In this document: piece after piece, positions 19,372-28,944 of the stretch
Position numbering within the stretch: the first letter of the stretch is position 1
Layout: every line of letters starts with the position of its first letter
Assembly: GCA_963760795.1 (NCBI GenBank)
Contig: CAVXEP010000017.1
Coordinates: 80,805-144,804, forward strand
Reading direction: 5' to 3'
Source of the DNA: an uncultured delta proteobacterium
GTDB lineage: Bacteria > Desulfobacterota > Binatia > UBA9968
Length of the DNA stretch: 64,000 bases
Program-made: the position numbers and the translations under genes
The notes under the pieces: generated by a model
Told to the model about the DNA's origin: nothing
The model's database searches: none
What the model saw: only the letters and a program-made list of their open reading frames with translations

Positions 19372-20493
19372 ATGAGAAGCCTCGCTGCATTCATACTATC
19401 AGGTCTAATCGCCCAGGGTTGCGAAACCGCGGTAACCCAGTATCCGCCGGGTTCCGGGCAAATTCCTGGCGCAACTACCAACCCGCAACAGGCTAAAATC
19501 GACAACGATCGCCGCTGGGCTCATGCGGTTGAGAGCGCTCAGAAAGCCGCTTTTCTCGGCGGCATCTTCGGCGGCCCCTTCGGTGCGCCGGCGAGTATGG
19601 TAATGGGTGTGATCGGCTTCACCTACGGCATGTTTAGCGCCGATTCGAAGATCGCCGAAGAGAAGGCCCAAGCCCAGGTGCGCTATCAAAAGGAATCCGA
19701 CAAAGACCGCGTCTTGGAAAGTGCCATTGAGCAGGAAATCGAACGTCAGCGCGCCTTCGAAAATCAGATTGCCGGGGCAACGGGGCAGCCGGTCAGCACG
19801 CAACCGGCGCGCCTACCACCCCAGGTCAATCAACCGGCACCGGCCGTGTCGAATCCTCAGCCGCAACCGAATAATTCGCCTGCTGGTATCACGATTGCCC
19901 GCGCCAGCACCCCACCGTCGCCGCCGCCTTTTCGCAATGTCGAAGTCCGCGATATCAACAATGACGGCGTGCCCGATATTTGGATTTACTACAATCCGCA
20001 GAAGCCGGCCGAGATTATCCGTCAGGAAGAAGCGACCAAGAACGATGGCCGCGTCGATGCCTGGAGCTACTACAAAGACGGTCAACTGATGCGCCGCGAC
20101 GTTGATCGCAAAGGCCAAGGTCGCCCGGACACTATTTATTACTATGAGAACGACAAAATCGTCCGCGAAGAACGGGACGAGACCGGCGATGGGCGCATGA
20201 CCTACCGCGCGAGTTATCAGAACGGCCGCATTGAGAAAGTAGAAAAAGATTCCACCGGCCAAGGACGGCCCGACCTCTGGCTGTTCTATGATACTTCGCG
20301 AGACGGTGAGATCGTGGTAAAAGAGGAACGCGACTTAAACGGCGACGGTGTCGCCGATCTCTGGTCCTTCTACGATAACGGCAGGCTAGCGCGCCGGGAT
20401 GTCAATGCTCCAGGACTGGAGATCTTGTCTAAACAAGATCAGGTGCCCCTACCCACCGCTGAGATAAGACCGCCTGCGATTCCCGGCAGCTAA
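19372..20493 (+). CDS. Lipoprotein with Gly-rich hydrophobic hairpin, coiled coil, Pro-rich linker and 6 DxxxDG hairpin repeats
   Basis: Lipobox IAQG-C17; FLGGIFGGPFGAPASMVMGVIG; DINNDGVPDIWIYY ... DLNGDGVADLWSFY. Confidence 0.82.
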   Translation: MRSLAAFILSGLIAQGCETAVTQYPPGSGQIPGATTNPQQAKIDNDRRWAHAVESAQKAAFLGGIFGGPFGAPASMVMGVIGFTYGMFSADSKIAEEKAQAQVRYQKESDKDRVLESAIEQEIERQRAFENQIAGATGQPVSTQPARLPPQVNQPAPAVSNPQPQPNNSPAGITIARASTPPSPPPFRNVEVRDINNDGVPDIWIYYNPQKPAEIIRQEEATKNDGRVDAWSYYKDGQLMRRDVDRKGQGRPDTIYYYENDKIVREERDETGDGRMTYRASYQNGRIEKVEKDSTGQGRPDLWLFYDTSRDGEIVVKEERDLNGDGVADLWSFYDNGRLARRDVNAPGLEILSKQDQVPLPTAEIRPPAIPGS

Positions 20494-20494
20494 G

Positions 20495-21514
20495 ATGACC
20501 TACGATTCCTCGTCAAGCGAAGAGGCTGGGTTGCTGTCGCTCTTCCGCAGCCCGTTTTTGCTGCCTTCGGTGATTTTCCATGGGCTACTACTTCTCCTAG
20601 CGCTACGCACAGCAGCGCTGACGATCGTCAAGCCCGCTGCCGAAACGCCGATCTCTGTGCAACTCATGGAAGTGCGCACTGGTAGCTCGGAAACCAAGAG
20701 TATCGGTCCCGGCCAGGGCGCCGGCGGGCCGAAGACGATGCCCAAGCTTGGTCTGCCAATCCCGCCGCGCCAACAGACCGGCAAGCTAGACAGTGGTACC
20801 GTCGAGAGCACAGCGCCGGCCGTCAAAACTGAAGCCGCTCCAGAACCAAAGCTGGTTCCGCTGCCAGGTCCGAAAGTGCTTGCCGCCGACAGCCGACAAA
20901 CGGTCAATGCCAAAGAAACTTCGCCAGACTCTCTAGTGAGTTTGCCAACTAAAGCAGCGCCATCGAATCTACCCGGTAGCACGGCCACTGACTTAGCGCT
21001 CAATCAGCAAAGTCTCGCCGCGCTCAAAGGCACCGGCGACGGGCCAGGTGTCAAAGCATTGAAAGAAGGCGCGCAGGTTCCCGGCGCGTTGCAGGGTACA
21101 GGAAGCGGCACGGCTTCCTACGGCGTGCCCGGTGGCACAAAGAGTGGAACTGGGATCGCCGGCGGTGGCACTGGGATAGGCAGTGGGGGTGGCAGTAGCA
21201 CCGGACTTAAAGGCGTCCCAGCGGCCGATTTCAATAATTATTTTACTCAACTCAAACGCCGCGTTGAGTCCGTGTGGAAATTCCCCGATGGCGTTTCCGG
21301 GTTGCAAAAGGTCGGCGTGGTCTTCACCCTTGACCGCAGTGGCAGACTGATCAAAGCCGACGTCTTGGAATCGTCAGACCCGCGGCTCAACGCCGGCGCC
21401 GTGGAAGCGATGAAAAAAGCGTCGCCCTTCCCGCCCATTCCGGAGAGCTTAAAAGATCTCGCCAACGAACCGCTGCGCATGCAGTTTACAGTGACCGTTG
21501 GCATTCGCGGTTAG
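20495..21514 (+). CDS. TonB/TolA-like energy transducer
   Basis: N-terminal TM with S-x3-H (SVIFH), long Pro/Gly-rich linker, C-terminal YFTQLKRRVESVWKFP...FTLDRSG...AVEAMKKASPFPPIP domain. Confidence 0.87.
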   Translation: MTYDSSSSEEAGLLSLFRSPFLLPSVIFHGLLLLLALRTAALTIVKPAAETPISVQLMEVRTGSSETKSIGPGQGAGGPKTMPKLGLPIPPRQQTGKLDSGTVESTAPAVKTEAAPEPKLVPLPGPKVLAADSRQTVNAKETSPDSLVSLPTKAAPSNLPGSTATDLALNQQSLAALKGTGDGPGVKALKEGAQVPGALQGTGSGTASYGVPGGTKSGTGIAGGGTGIGSGGGSSTGLKGVPAADFNNYFTQLKRRVESVWKFPDGVSGLQKVGVVFTLDRSGRLIKADVLESSDPRLNAGAVEAMKKASPFPPIPESLKDLANEPLRMQFTVTVGIRG

Positions 21515-21604
21515 TCCCAGTCCTGGCGCGCGTTGTTCCTGGCGATTCATTGAATTAGTTGTCATTTTCGTTCATCTTCGTCGGAGTAACTGGAAAGGTC
21601 TTCC

Positions 21605-22231
21605 ATGCAACCGCAAGGTCTCGATCTTGTATCGATCATTAATCAAGGCGCCATCGCCACCTATCCGCTGATCTTGTTGTCAATCATCAGCGTCACCGTT
21701 GTATTCGAGCGGCTGTGGTCACTACGTAACTTGAGCTCAATGACTCTGCGGATCGCCGATTCCCTGCAAGAGCCGCTCAAGAAGGGTCAGCGCGATCTCG
21801 CCGTGGCGATCTGCAAGCAGAACTCGAACTCCCCCGCTGGCCGGATTTTTCTAAATATCTTGAATCACGAAAACATCTCTCGTCCCGACCTCGCCAATGG
21901 CATCGCCACCGAGGCGATGTTCGAAGAAAGTCAGAAGCTTAGAAAACATTTATGGATTCTCGGCACCGTCGCCAGCAGCGCACCGTTTATCGGCTTGTTA
22001 GGTACGGTTATCGGCATTATTCGTTCCTTCGAGAGTATGGCGGTGGCCGGCACCGGCGGCTTTGCGGTCGTCGCTGCGGGCATCTCCGAAGCCTTGGTCG
22101 CGACTGCGTTAGGCCTCGCAGTCGCCATCATCGCGGTAATCTTTTACAACTATTTTCAGACCCGTATCGGCAGCTTAAATGCGCTTTTTCGCATCCAAGT
22201 CGGCAAGGTTCTCCAGAGCGTCAGCCTCTAA
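21605..22231 (+). CDS. exbB: MotA/TolQ/ExbB proton channel
   Basis: LGTVASSAPFIGLLGTVIGII, AGISEALVATALGL. Confidence 0.92.
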   Translation: MQPQGLDLVSIINQGAIATYPLILLSIISVTVVFERLWSLRNLSSMTLRIADSLQEPLKKGQRDLAVAICKQNSNSPAGRIFLNILNHENISRPDLANGIATEAMFEESQKLRKHLWILGTVASSAPFIGLLGTVIGIIRSFESMAVAGTGGFAVVAAGISEALVATALGLAVAIIAVIFYNYFQTRIGSLNALFRIQVGKVLQSVSL

Positions 22232-22240
22232 GGTATTGCC

Positions 22241-22666
22241 ATGGCGATAACACCCCTGGGCGGCGGCGAGGACAACGGCGACATCGTTGCCGAGATCAAT
22301 ATCACGCCGCTAACCGATATCTTTCTCGTCCTGCTAATCATTTTCATGATTACCAGCTCGGCGATGATCGAGTCCGGCGGCAAAGTGAATTTGCCCAAGG
22401 CGGTGGCGACCCAAACCGAAAGCCGCGGCACAACCGTGACTTTGACACCGAAGAAAGAAGTCTTTGTCAATCAAAGGAAGGTCAGCGAGGAGAGCTTAGA
22501 AAAAGCCCTTCAGGAAGCTCTCGATAATAACGCCAACAAGACCGTCATTCTCCGCGGCGATAAAGATGTCTTACTCGGCGAGACTGTCAAGGTGATGTCG
22601 ATCATCAAGCGCGCCGGTGCCACCGAGATCGCCATCGCCGCCGAGGCCGAACGTAAGGCGCGTTAA
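22241..22666 (+). CDS. exbD: ExbD/TolR biopolymer transport protein
   Basis: EINITPLTDIFLVLLIIFMI, VNLPKA, ILRGDK. Confidence 0.92.
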   Translation: MAITPLGGGEDNGDIVAEINITPLTDIFLVLLIIFMITSSAMIESGGKVNLPKAVATQTESRGTTVTLTPKKEVFVNQRKVSEESLEKALQEALDNNANKTVILRGDKDVLLGETVKVMSIIKRAGATEIAIAAEAERKAR

Positions 22667-22697
22667 CGATCTGTTACCGTAAAATCGACCCACTGAT

Positions 22698-23984
22698 TTA
22701 ACGCGGCGGGCCTTGGGTGGGCGGCGGCGACTGTTGTGGCCGTCGCAATCCTTCTTGCCGCTGGCGCTCGACGTCACGCTGAATCTCTTCCGGAGTCTTG
22801 CCCAATCTTTCGACTTCTAACTTGAGTTTCTTCTCTCTTTCAAGAAAAATCTCGAGCTCCAAGGACTTTTGGGTTCCCGACTGGTAAAAGACCGAAATTG
22901 ACGCGCGGCTATTCGATCCATCGCTGGAACGCGCCAGGACATCGATCTGATTCTTGCCCTCGACCACCGGCAATGCCGCCGCAAAAAAGCCGTCCGCCGC
23001 CAGACGTAAGTTCGGCGCCTTCTGCCCCGAGGTCTGGTTAACGATCTGGACGAAATCGACGCCGACGACGGAGATTTGATCCATGATCGCCAAGACATCA
23101 GCCGGGCGCGATAGCGGCGTGTAGGTGCCAGCGCTCTCCTTGGCGATCCCTTGAACCGCCCAAGGAAAATTAACAACCTCGTCGCCGAGGCCAAACACGT
23201 GAATTTTAATCCCGGCGCGGCCGGCCAATCGTGCGGCGTTGAGCGTCAGCTGCACATCGGTTTCGGCCACGCTCCTGCCATCACCGGTTGGTAATGACGG
23301 TAAGCCGTCGGTCAAGAAAAACTGCGCTTTGATCGCATCTTGTCGTTTGGCGCTCTGGCCAAGTCCCAAAAGCTCAGTGATGCCAAGGCGGATGCCTTCC
23401 ACCATGTTGGTACCGCCGTTGGGGCCAGCCCAATAAACTTCATCAAGCACTCGGCGCACTTGCTCGAAATCATTCGTCAGCGGCTGAACCAAGCGCGCAT
23501 CTTTGGCGAAGGTAATGACACCGACGCGGGTAGTTTGGGAATTTAACTGGGTCAGCAAACGGCGCGAAGCCACGACCTCCGCGCCAAGAATTGAATGGCG
23601 TAAGTTGATACGCGTTGGCTCGAAGGTAGGGGCGCCCATCCCCATGCCGCGCCGGGAAATGGAAATCTGCGGTTGCACGCTCGGCGCGCCGCCAAAAAGG
23701 TACTTATCCGGCAGCTCGGCTTGATTGGCAAATTCAGCGCCCGCGGAATTGACTGTACTACCGGAAGTATCGAGAACTAAAAATATATCGACATTGGCCG
23801 AACGTGAATTGTCGCTCGCGACTTTGCCGCTAATCAGGATCATCTTTTGATCTTCGGCGATCTGCGAACCGTCTTTGGGCGAAAGGATTTGAATCTTAGG
23901 CTCGGCGGACCAGCCCAGGCTCACCATGGCAGCGAGGAAAAAAGAAAGGGATAAAATAACCATTCGGGTCGATTTTTCGGTCAT
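22698..23984 (-). CDS. Exported von Willebrand factor A (VWA) domain protein
   Basis: Signal peptide; MIDAS DTSGS, RVGVITF, GGTN, FLTDG; flanking beta-rich segments; charged C-terminal helix. Confidence 0.87.
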   Translation of the reverse strand: MTEKSTRMVILSLSFFLAAMVSLGWSAEPKIQILSPKDGSQIAEDQKMILISGKVASDNSRSANVDIFLVLDTSGSTVNSAGAEFANQAELPDKYLFGGAPSVQPQISISRRGMGMGAPTFEPTRINLRHSILGAEVVASRRLLTQLNSQTTRVGVITFAKDARLVQPLTNDFEQVRRVLDEVYWAGPNGGTNMVEGIRLGITELLGLGQSAKRQDAIKAQFFLTDGLPSLPTGDGRSVAETDVQLTLNAARLAGRAGIKIHVFGLGDEVVNFPWAVQGIAKESAGTYTPLSRPADVLAIMDQISVVGVDFVQIVNQTSGQKAPNLRLAADGFFAAALPVVEGKNQIDVLARSSDGSNSRASISVFYQSGTQKSLELEIFLEREKKLKLEVERLGKTPEEIQRDVERQRQEGLRRPQQSPPPTQGPPR

Positions 23985-24086
23985 GCCATTCTTGCCCCCA
24001 AGGACTAAAACGCTAACACGAACCAGCTACCCTGTAAATGTCACCCGAGCCCCACCATCGAAACAGTACAACTGAGCGCGGCGCCG

Positions 24087-24095
24087 TGGTATAAT
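24087..24095 (+). promoter_or_regulatory. Extended -10 promoter (likely leaderless transcript)
   Basis: TGgTATAAT, 7 nt before ATG 24103; no Shine-Dalgarno. Confidence 0.55.
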
Positions 24096-24102
24096 CGTTG
24101 GT

Positions 24103-24885
24103 ATGATCATTAAGACGACCGCGACAGCGGCCCTGTTTGTGCTCTTATGGATCGGCGAGATCGAAGCGCAATACGTTTTGATTTTAAATAACGGTCGGCA
24201 AATCTCCGTACAGGATTACCGTGAAGAATCAGGAATGATCAAATTTCACGGGTTTGGCGGCGAGATCGGCATCAGCAAAAGTCAGGTCAAGGCGATTCGC
24301 AAGTCTGCCGGGACGGCTGACGGGGGATTAACTATACCTGCTTCGATGCCGGAGCCCGTCAACACAGCGGATTCAAGTTCACCCTCTCCCTCTCCCTCGC
24401 CATCGGCGGCAAAACCGGAACCACCGCTGTCGCCGGAAGAACAACGAGCTAAGGAAGAGCAGGACTATCAACAGCAACTAATCGACGTCAACGAACGACT
24501 TAAAGCGGCAAGGGATAGTTACTCCGAGACGATCCGTGGCACAACCAGTTCAGACCCGAGTCTGCTAACCACCGAAACGCAGATGAAAGCGCGCCAGGAC
24601 GACATCGTTTCGCGCGCCCTCGATGCACAATACAAACCCAGCGATCCCGCCGGCACGAGACTGGTAACACCGTCACCGTTTAGTACTCTCCCACCAACCA
24701 TCGTCGATACCCGGCCCCCGCCCGAGGCTACGCCGCGTTACGACACCACCCTGCCACAATACACGCCGCGGCAAAAAGAGCTCAGCGAATTGCGCAGCCA
24801 GACCATCGATCTGGAGAAGGAACGAGATAGATTAATCGAAGAGATGAATAAGAAGAATTTTGGCAGCGGCAAGCTGTTTGAATAA
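24103..24885 (+). CDS. Exported hypothetical protein (small beta N-domain, Pro/Ser linker, coiled coils)
   Basis: 260-aa ORF with signal peptide, LILNNGRQI...GGEIGISKSQV domain, SPSPSPS linker. Confidence 0.75.
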   Translation: MIIKTTATAALFVLLWIGEIEAQYVLILNNGRQISVQDYREESGMIKFHGFGGEIGISKSQVKAIRKSAGTADGGLTIPASMPEPVNTADSSSPSPSPSPSAAKPEPPLSPEEQRAKEEQDYQQQLIDVNERLKAARDSYSETIRGTTSSDPSLLTTETQMKARQDDIVSRALDAQYKPSDPAGTRLVTPSPFSTLPPTIVDTRPPPEATPRYDTTLPQYTPRQKELSELRSQTIDLEKERDRLIEEMNKKNFGSGKLFE

Positions 24886-24897
24886 CATTTTTTTCGC

Positions 24898-25338
24898 CTA
24901 TTGGCGCGCGACGGCCGCACGCAATCCCAACAGATAACTGTCCAATCCGAATCCCGTAATTTGTCCAACCGCCACCTCGGCGATAAACGAGTGATGGCGA
25001 AATTGCTCGCGCTTATGAATGTTGGAAATGTGAATTTCGATGGTCGGAATACCCACTGCGGAAATCGCATCGCGCATTGCCAGGCTCGTGTGAGTGTAGG
25101 CCGCCGGATTAATCACGATGGCGGCGAAATTGCCGGCCGCTTGTTGAATCCAGGTCACCAACTCGCCTTCGTTATTGGATTGGCGAAAGTCGATCTCCAC
25201 CGCTAATTCCTTGGCTAAGGCTCGCACGTGTTTTTCGATCTGCGCGAGCGTCAGCTTTCCATATATCTCCGGCTGACGAGTTCCCAAAAGATTTAGGTTA
25301 GGTCCGTTGAGGATCAGAATTTTCTGTTTCTTCGCCAT
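24898..25338 (-). CDS. aroQ: Type II 3-dehydroquinate dehydratase
   Basis: [46 protein letters not shown]. Confidence 0.97.
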   Translation of the reverse strand: MAKKQKILILNGPNLNLLGTRQPEIYGKLTLAQIEKHVRALAKELAVEIDFRQSNNEGELVTWIQQAAGNFAAIVINPAAYTHTSLAMRDAISAVGIPTIEIHISNIHKREQFRHHSFIAEVAVGQITGFGLDSYLLGLRAAVARQ

Positions 25339-25377
25339 CGCTGCTTTCCGCTTTCCGCTAGCCTTGGGTAACCGTGA

Positions 25378-26457
25378 CTAAGCACCGAGCCCGCGCAAGA
25401 TTTCGCTTGGCACCAACCAGTGAAATCGCGTTTTGCCGATCCCTTCGCACATCACGAACTTGATTGCGCCGCCGGCAGCCTTCTTGTCGACTTCCATCGC
25501 TTGAATTAAGCCCGTCAGTGAAACATCGGCAGGGATATCGCTTGGCAGTCCGGCGTTGGCGATCAACTGAACGATGCGCTGGAAACTCTGAGCATCGCAA
25601 AAACCGTGGCGCTCCGACAATAGCGCAGCTTTAGCCATGCCGACTGCCACCGCTTCACCGTGGAAAAACTGGGTATAACCGGTGACTGCTTCCAAGGCGT
25701 GGCCGATGGTGTGACCGAAGTTGAGCACGGCACGATAGTCGTCTTCGCGCTCGTCGGCTTCGACAACCCGCGCTTTGATGGCACAGGAAGTCGCGATCGT
25801 CTCGATCAGTAAATCTTCATCGAGCCGCGCAAGCGCAGCGATTTTTTGCTCAAGCAGGCGAAAGAACTGAGCGTCTTCAATGACACCGTATTTAATCACT
25901 TCGGCCAGACCGGCGCAGAGTTCCCGGCGCGGCAGCGTGCGCAACACCGAGACATCGATCAACACCAGTTTCGGTTGATAAAAAGCGCCGATCAGGTTCT
26001 TACCATCGGCATGGTTGACACCGGTTTTACCGCCAACGCTGGAGTCCACCTGGGCCAACAACGTCGTCGGCACCTGGACATAGGGCACGCCGCGCATATA
26101 TGTCGCCGCGGCGAAACCGGCCATGTCGCCGACCACACCGCCGCCCAGCGCAAGCACACAGGATTTGCGCTCGAAGCGCTGGGCGATCAGGCGGTCGTAA
26201 ATGGTTTGCAACGATTGGACGGTCTTGTGTTCTTCGCCGTCGGGAATGAGAACTGGGGTGACCTCGAATCCCGATTCCTTTAGGGTATTGCCGACGATAT
26301 CGAGATAGAGCTGGGCCACAGTTGGATTGGTCACCACCGCGACTTTGCCGCGCAGCCCCGCTTGTTCGAGAAACTCGCCGATGCGAGCCAAATTACCGGC
26401 ACCGATATGGATCGGGTACGAGCGATCGCCAAGATTGACGGTAAGGCTTTGCATCAT
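25378..26457 (-). CDS. aroB: 3-dehydroquinate synthase
   Basis: DGEEHK, ALGGGVVGDMAGF, PTTLLAQVDSSVGGKTGVN, LNFGHTIGHALE. Confidence 0.97.
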   Translation of the reverse strand: MMQSLTVNLGDRSYPIHIGAGNLARIGEFLEQAGLRGKVAVVTNPTVAQLYLDIVGNTLKESGFEVTPVLIPDGEEHKTVQSLQTIYDRLIAQRFERKSCVLALGGGVVGDMAGFAAATYMRGVPYVQVPTTLLAQVDSSVGGKTGVNHADGKNLIGAFYQPKLVLIDVSVLRTLPRRELCAGLAEVIKYGVIEDAQFFRLLEQKIAALARLDEDLLIETIATSCAIKARVVEADEREDDYRAVLNFGHTIGHALEAVTGYTQFFHGEAVAVGMAKAALLSERHGFCDAQSFQRIVQLIANAGLPSDIPADVSLTGLIQAMEVDKKAAGGAIKFVMCEGIGKTRFHWLVPSEILRGLGA

Positions 26458-26458
26458 T

Positions 26459-26977
26459 TTATCGAAACCTGTCAACCGCTGCCACGATCTGGTCGACCAC
26501 CTGTTCAAGTGTCAATTCACTGGTATCGACGGTTAGGTGAGCTTGAGCGTATTTATCGGCCCGGCATGCCATCAGCTCTTCGATGCGCTCACGCCGATTG
26601 GGTCCCTTGAGCAGCGGTCTCTTGGCTCCATTACCCACTCGCGCCAGGATTGTCTCCGTCGATGCGGTCAAGCAGACGAGCAGCGTTTTATCTTTGAGCA
26701 ATTGAAGATTTTCCTCGTCCATCACCACGCCGCCGCCGGTAGCGATTACATTTCCTGGCTGCTGCACCAAGTCGGCGAGCGCCTGCTTTTCCAATTCGCG
26801 AAAGTACGGCTCGCCTTTTAGCTCGAAGATTTCACGAACCTTGAGGCCGGCACGCTTTTCGATCATGCGGTCGAGATCGATAAATCGCCGGCGCAACCGT
26901 TTGGCCAGATTGCGCCCCACGGCGCTCTTGCCCGCCGCCATGAAACCGATCAACGCAATGTTCTCCAGGTCCGGCAA
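26459..26977 (-). CDS. aroK: Shikimate kinase
   Basis: GFMAAGKS P-loop, GEPYFRELE, VIATGGG, RPLL. Confidence 0.95.
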   Translation of the reverse strand: MPDLENIALIGFMAAGKSAVGRNLAKRLRRRFIDLDRMIEKRAGLKVREIFELKGEPYFRELEKQALADLVQQPGNVIATGGGVVMDEENLQLLKDKTLLVCLTASTETILARVGNGAKRPLLKGPNRRERIEELMACRADKYAQAHLTVDTSELTLEQVVDQIVAAVDRFR

Positions 26978-26979
26978 GT

Positions 26980-28177
26980 TCAGTAGTTTTTGATCTGCTC
27001 GAGATAGTTTTCGTAATTGCGTTTGATCTCGCGCAGGGAGTCGCCGCCGAATTTTTCCAGAAACGCTTTGGCCACTTCAAAGGCGACCACGACTCTCGCC
27101 TACCACCGCGGCGGCCGGTGCGGCGCAGACATCCGAGCGTTCCACTGAGGCATCGGTGGGTTGCTTCGAGCGCGTGTCGACAGATTGCAACGGACTCATC
27201 AGGGTCGAGATCGGTTTCATCGCCACGCGTACGACAAGTGGCGAACCGTTGGTCATGCCACCTTCAGTGCCACCTGAGTTGTTGCTGCCACGATAAAAAC
27301 CGGTGGGGACGATGCGCGGTGTGCTTTCGGTCACCATTTTGGCCGGATCGAAAAAAATCTCGTCATGGACTTGCGATCCACGGCGGCGCGCCATTTCGAA
27401 ACCGAGACCAATCTCCACGCCTTTCATTGCCTGAATGCTCATCAATGCCTGCGACAGCCGGCCGTCGAGCTTGCGGTCCCACTGCGTGTGGCTACCTAGA
27501 CCAGGCGGTAGACCGAGGGTGACGACTTCAAACACGCCGCCCAGAGTATTGCCTTCTTTTTTGCACTCCTCGATGAGCGCGATCATTTTTTCTTCGGCGT
27601 TTTTGTCGGCGGTGCGCACTGGCGACTCTTCGGCGCGTTCAAAGGTCTCACCGTAGGTCAGCCCATCCAGATTGGCGGTAATCCCGCCGAGGGAACGAAT
27701 ATAGCCCATGATGCGAATGCCAAATGGCGCGAGCAACTGCTTAGCAAAGGAACCAACCGCGGTTCGAGCGACAGTTTCGCGGGCACTAGCCCGCTCAAGA
27801 ATATCGCGAATATCGGTTCGGTCGTATTTGAGCACACCGTTCAGGTCGGCGTGGCCTGGCCGTGGCTTGGTGACAGCGATGTTATCGTCGCGGTCTTCTG
27901 GTTTCGCGGACATTTTCTTTGTCCAGTTTTTCCAATCACGGTTCTCAATGCCCAAAGCGATCGGCGATCCCATGGTCTCGCCCCAACGGATGCCAGAACG
28001 AATCTCCGCCTCGTCTTTTTCGATAAGCATGCGGCCGCCCCGGCCATAGCCCTGCTGACGGCGCCAAAGATCCTGATTGATTTGAGAGATCTCAACCGGA
28101 AAACCGGCCGGCACCCCATCGATAATCATGGTTAGGCAGGGGCCATGCGACTCCCCCGCGGTGAAGTAGCGCAACAT
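26980..28177 (-). CDS. aroC: Chorismate synthase, frameshift near 27095
   Basis: TAGESHG, RRQQGYGRGGRM, PRPGHAD, ERASARET, MKPISTL, ERSDVCA. C-terminus FLEKFGGDSLREIKRNY lies in another frame, stop at 26980. Confidence 0.95.
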
Positions 28178-28269
28178 GGGCGTATCCTACATTATCACGC
28201 CACGCAGTGCCATAATGGGCGGAGCTACGCCCAAACCCGAATCAGGGATAGGACACAAAAGGCAACGAG

Positions 28270-28944
28270 CTATTTACCGACTAGGATGAGTTCAAAATCG
28301 CGGTCGTTGCTAAAACTTTTGAAAGAGGGATCGTTTCTCACTGAAGCCAGGTCTTTGTAGCCCTGTCGGCGCGCTCGATCGAGCCACTGCAAGGCTGCGT
28401 CGCGGTTACCGTAGTGTGCGTGTAGGCGGGCTACCTGAAAACTCGCCTGAGGATCCTTGGGATTTATCGCGGCAGCATTCTCCGCCCTTTGAATTTGTGC
28501 CTGGCGTTCTTGAATCGCTGCTTTGTTCTTCCTAGCGGTTGCTAGATTGTTTATTGCGCCGCCATTGTTGGGATCGATTCTGCTGGCGCTGTCAAACGCC
28601 GCGATCGCCTCATCGTAGCGCCCCTGCTTGTCGTAGAGCACGCCGAGGTTATTATAGGCGAAATAGCTGTTCGGGTGGGTTTCTGTAACTCGTCGATATT
28701 CAGCGATGGCCTCGTCCGCTGAACCCAGTCGGTCGTAAGCGAAGGCCAAATGCAATCGCACCTCGGCGTCCGCGGAATTTTTCTGCAGTGATCGCTGCAA
28801 CTCAGGAATAGCTTCTCGAAGACTGCCTTGGCGAAATAGCTCCAATGCCCGCTGCCGCGCTGGGATTTGTGAATCTTCGGACTGGGCACCCGCGCCGCCA
28901 GCTGCGATCACTAGACCGAGAAAAACCACCCCGGGAAGTCGCAT
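28270..28944 (-). CDS. Exported tetratricopeptide-repeat protein
   Basis: Signal peptide, TPR motifs (AYNNLGVLYDKQGRYDEAIAAF), C-terminal DPSFKS motif; start overlaps the pilY1 stop (TGATG). Confidence 0.88.
   Translation of the reverse strand: MRLPGVVFLGLVIAAGGAGAQSEDSQIPARQRALELFRQGSLREAIPELQRSLQKNSADAEVRLHLAFAYDRLGSADEAIAEYRRVTETHPNSYFAYNNLGVLYDKQGRYDEAIAAFDSASRIDPNNGGAINNLATARKNKAAIQERQAQIQRAENAAAINPKDPQASFQVARLHAHYGNRDAALQWLDRARRQGYKDLASVRNDPSFKSFSNDRDFELILVGK

Noticed and set aside
18260-20400. Recurring GACACCAACGGCGACGGC-like nucleotide motifs as a CRISPR or DNA repeat array
   Set aside because: They are degenerate and codon-phased, and are explained by the protein repeats; no cas genes are present.
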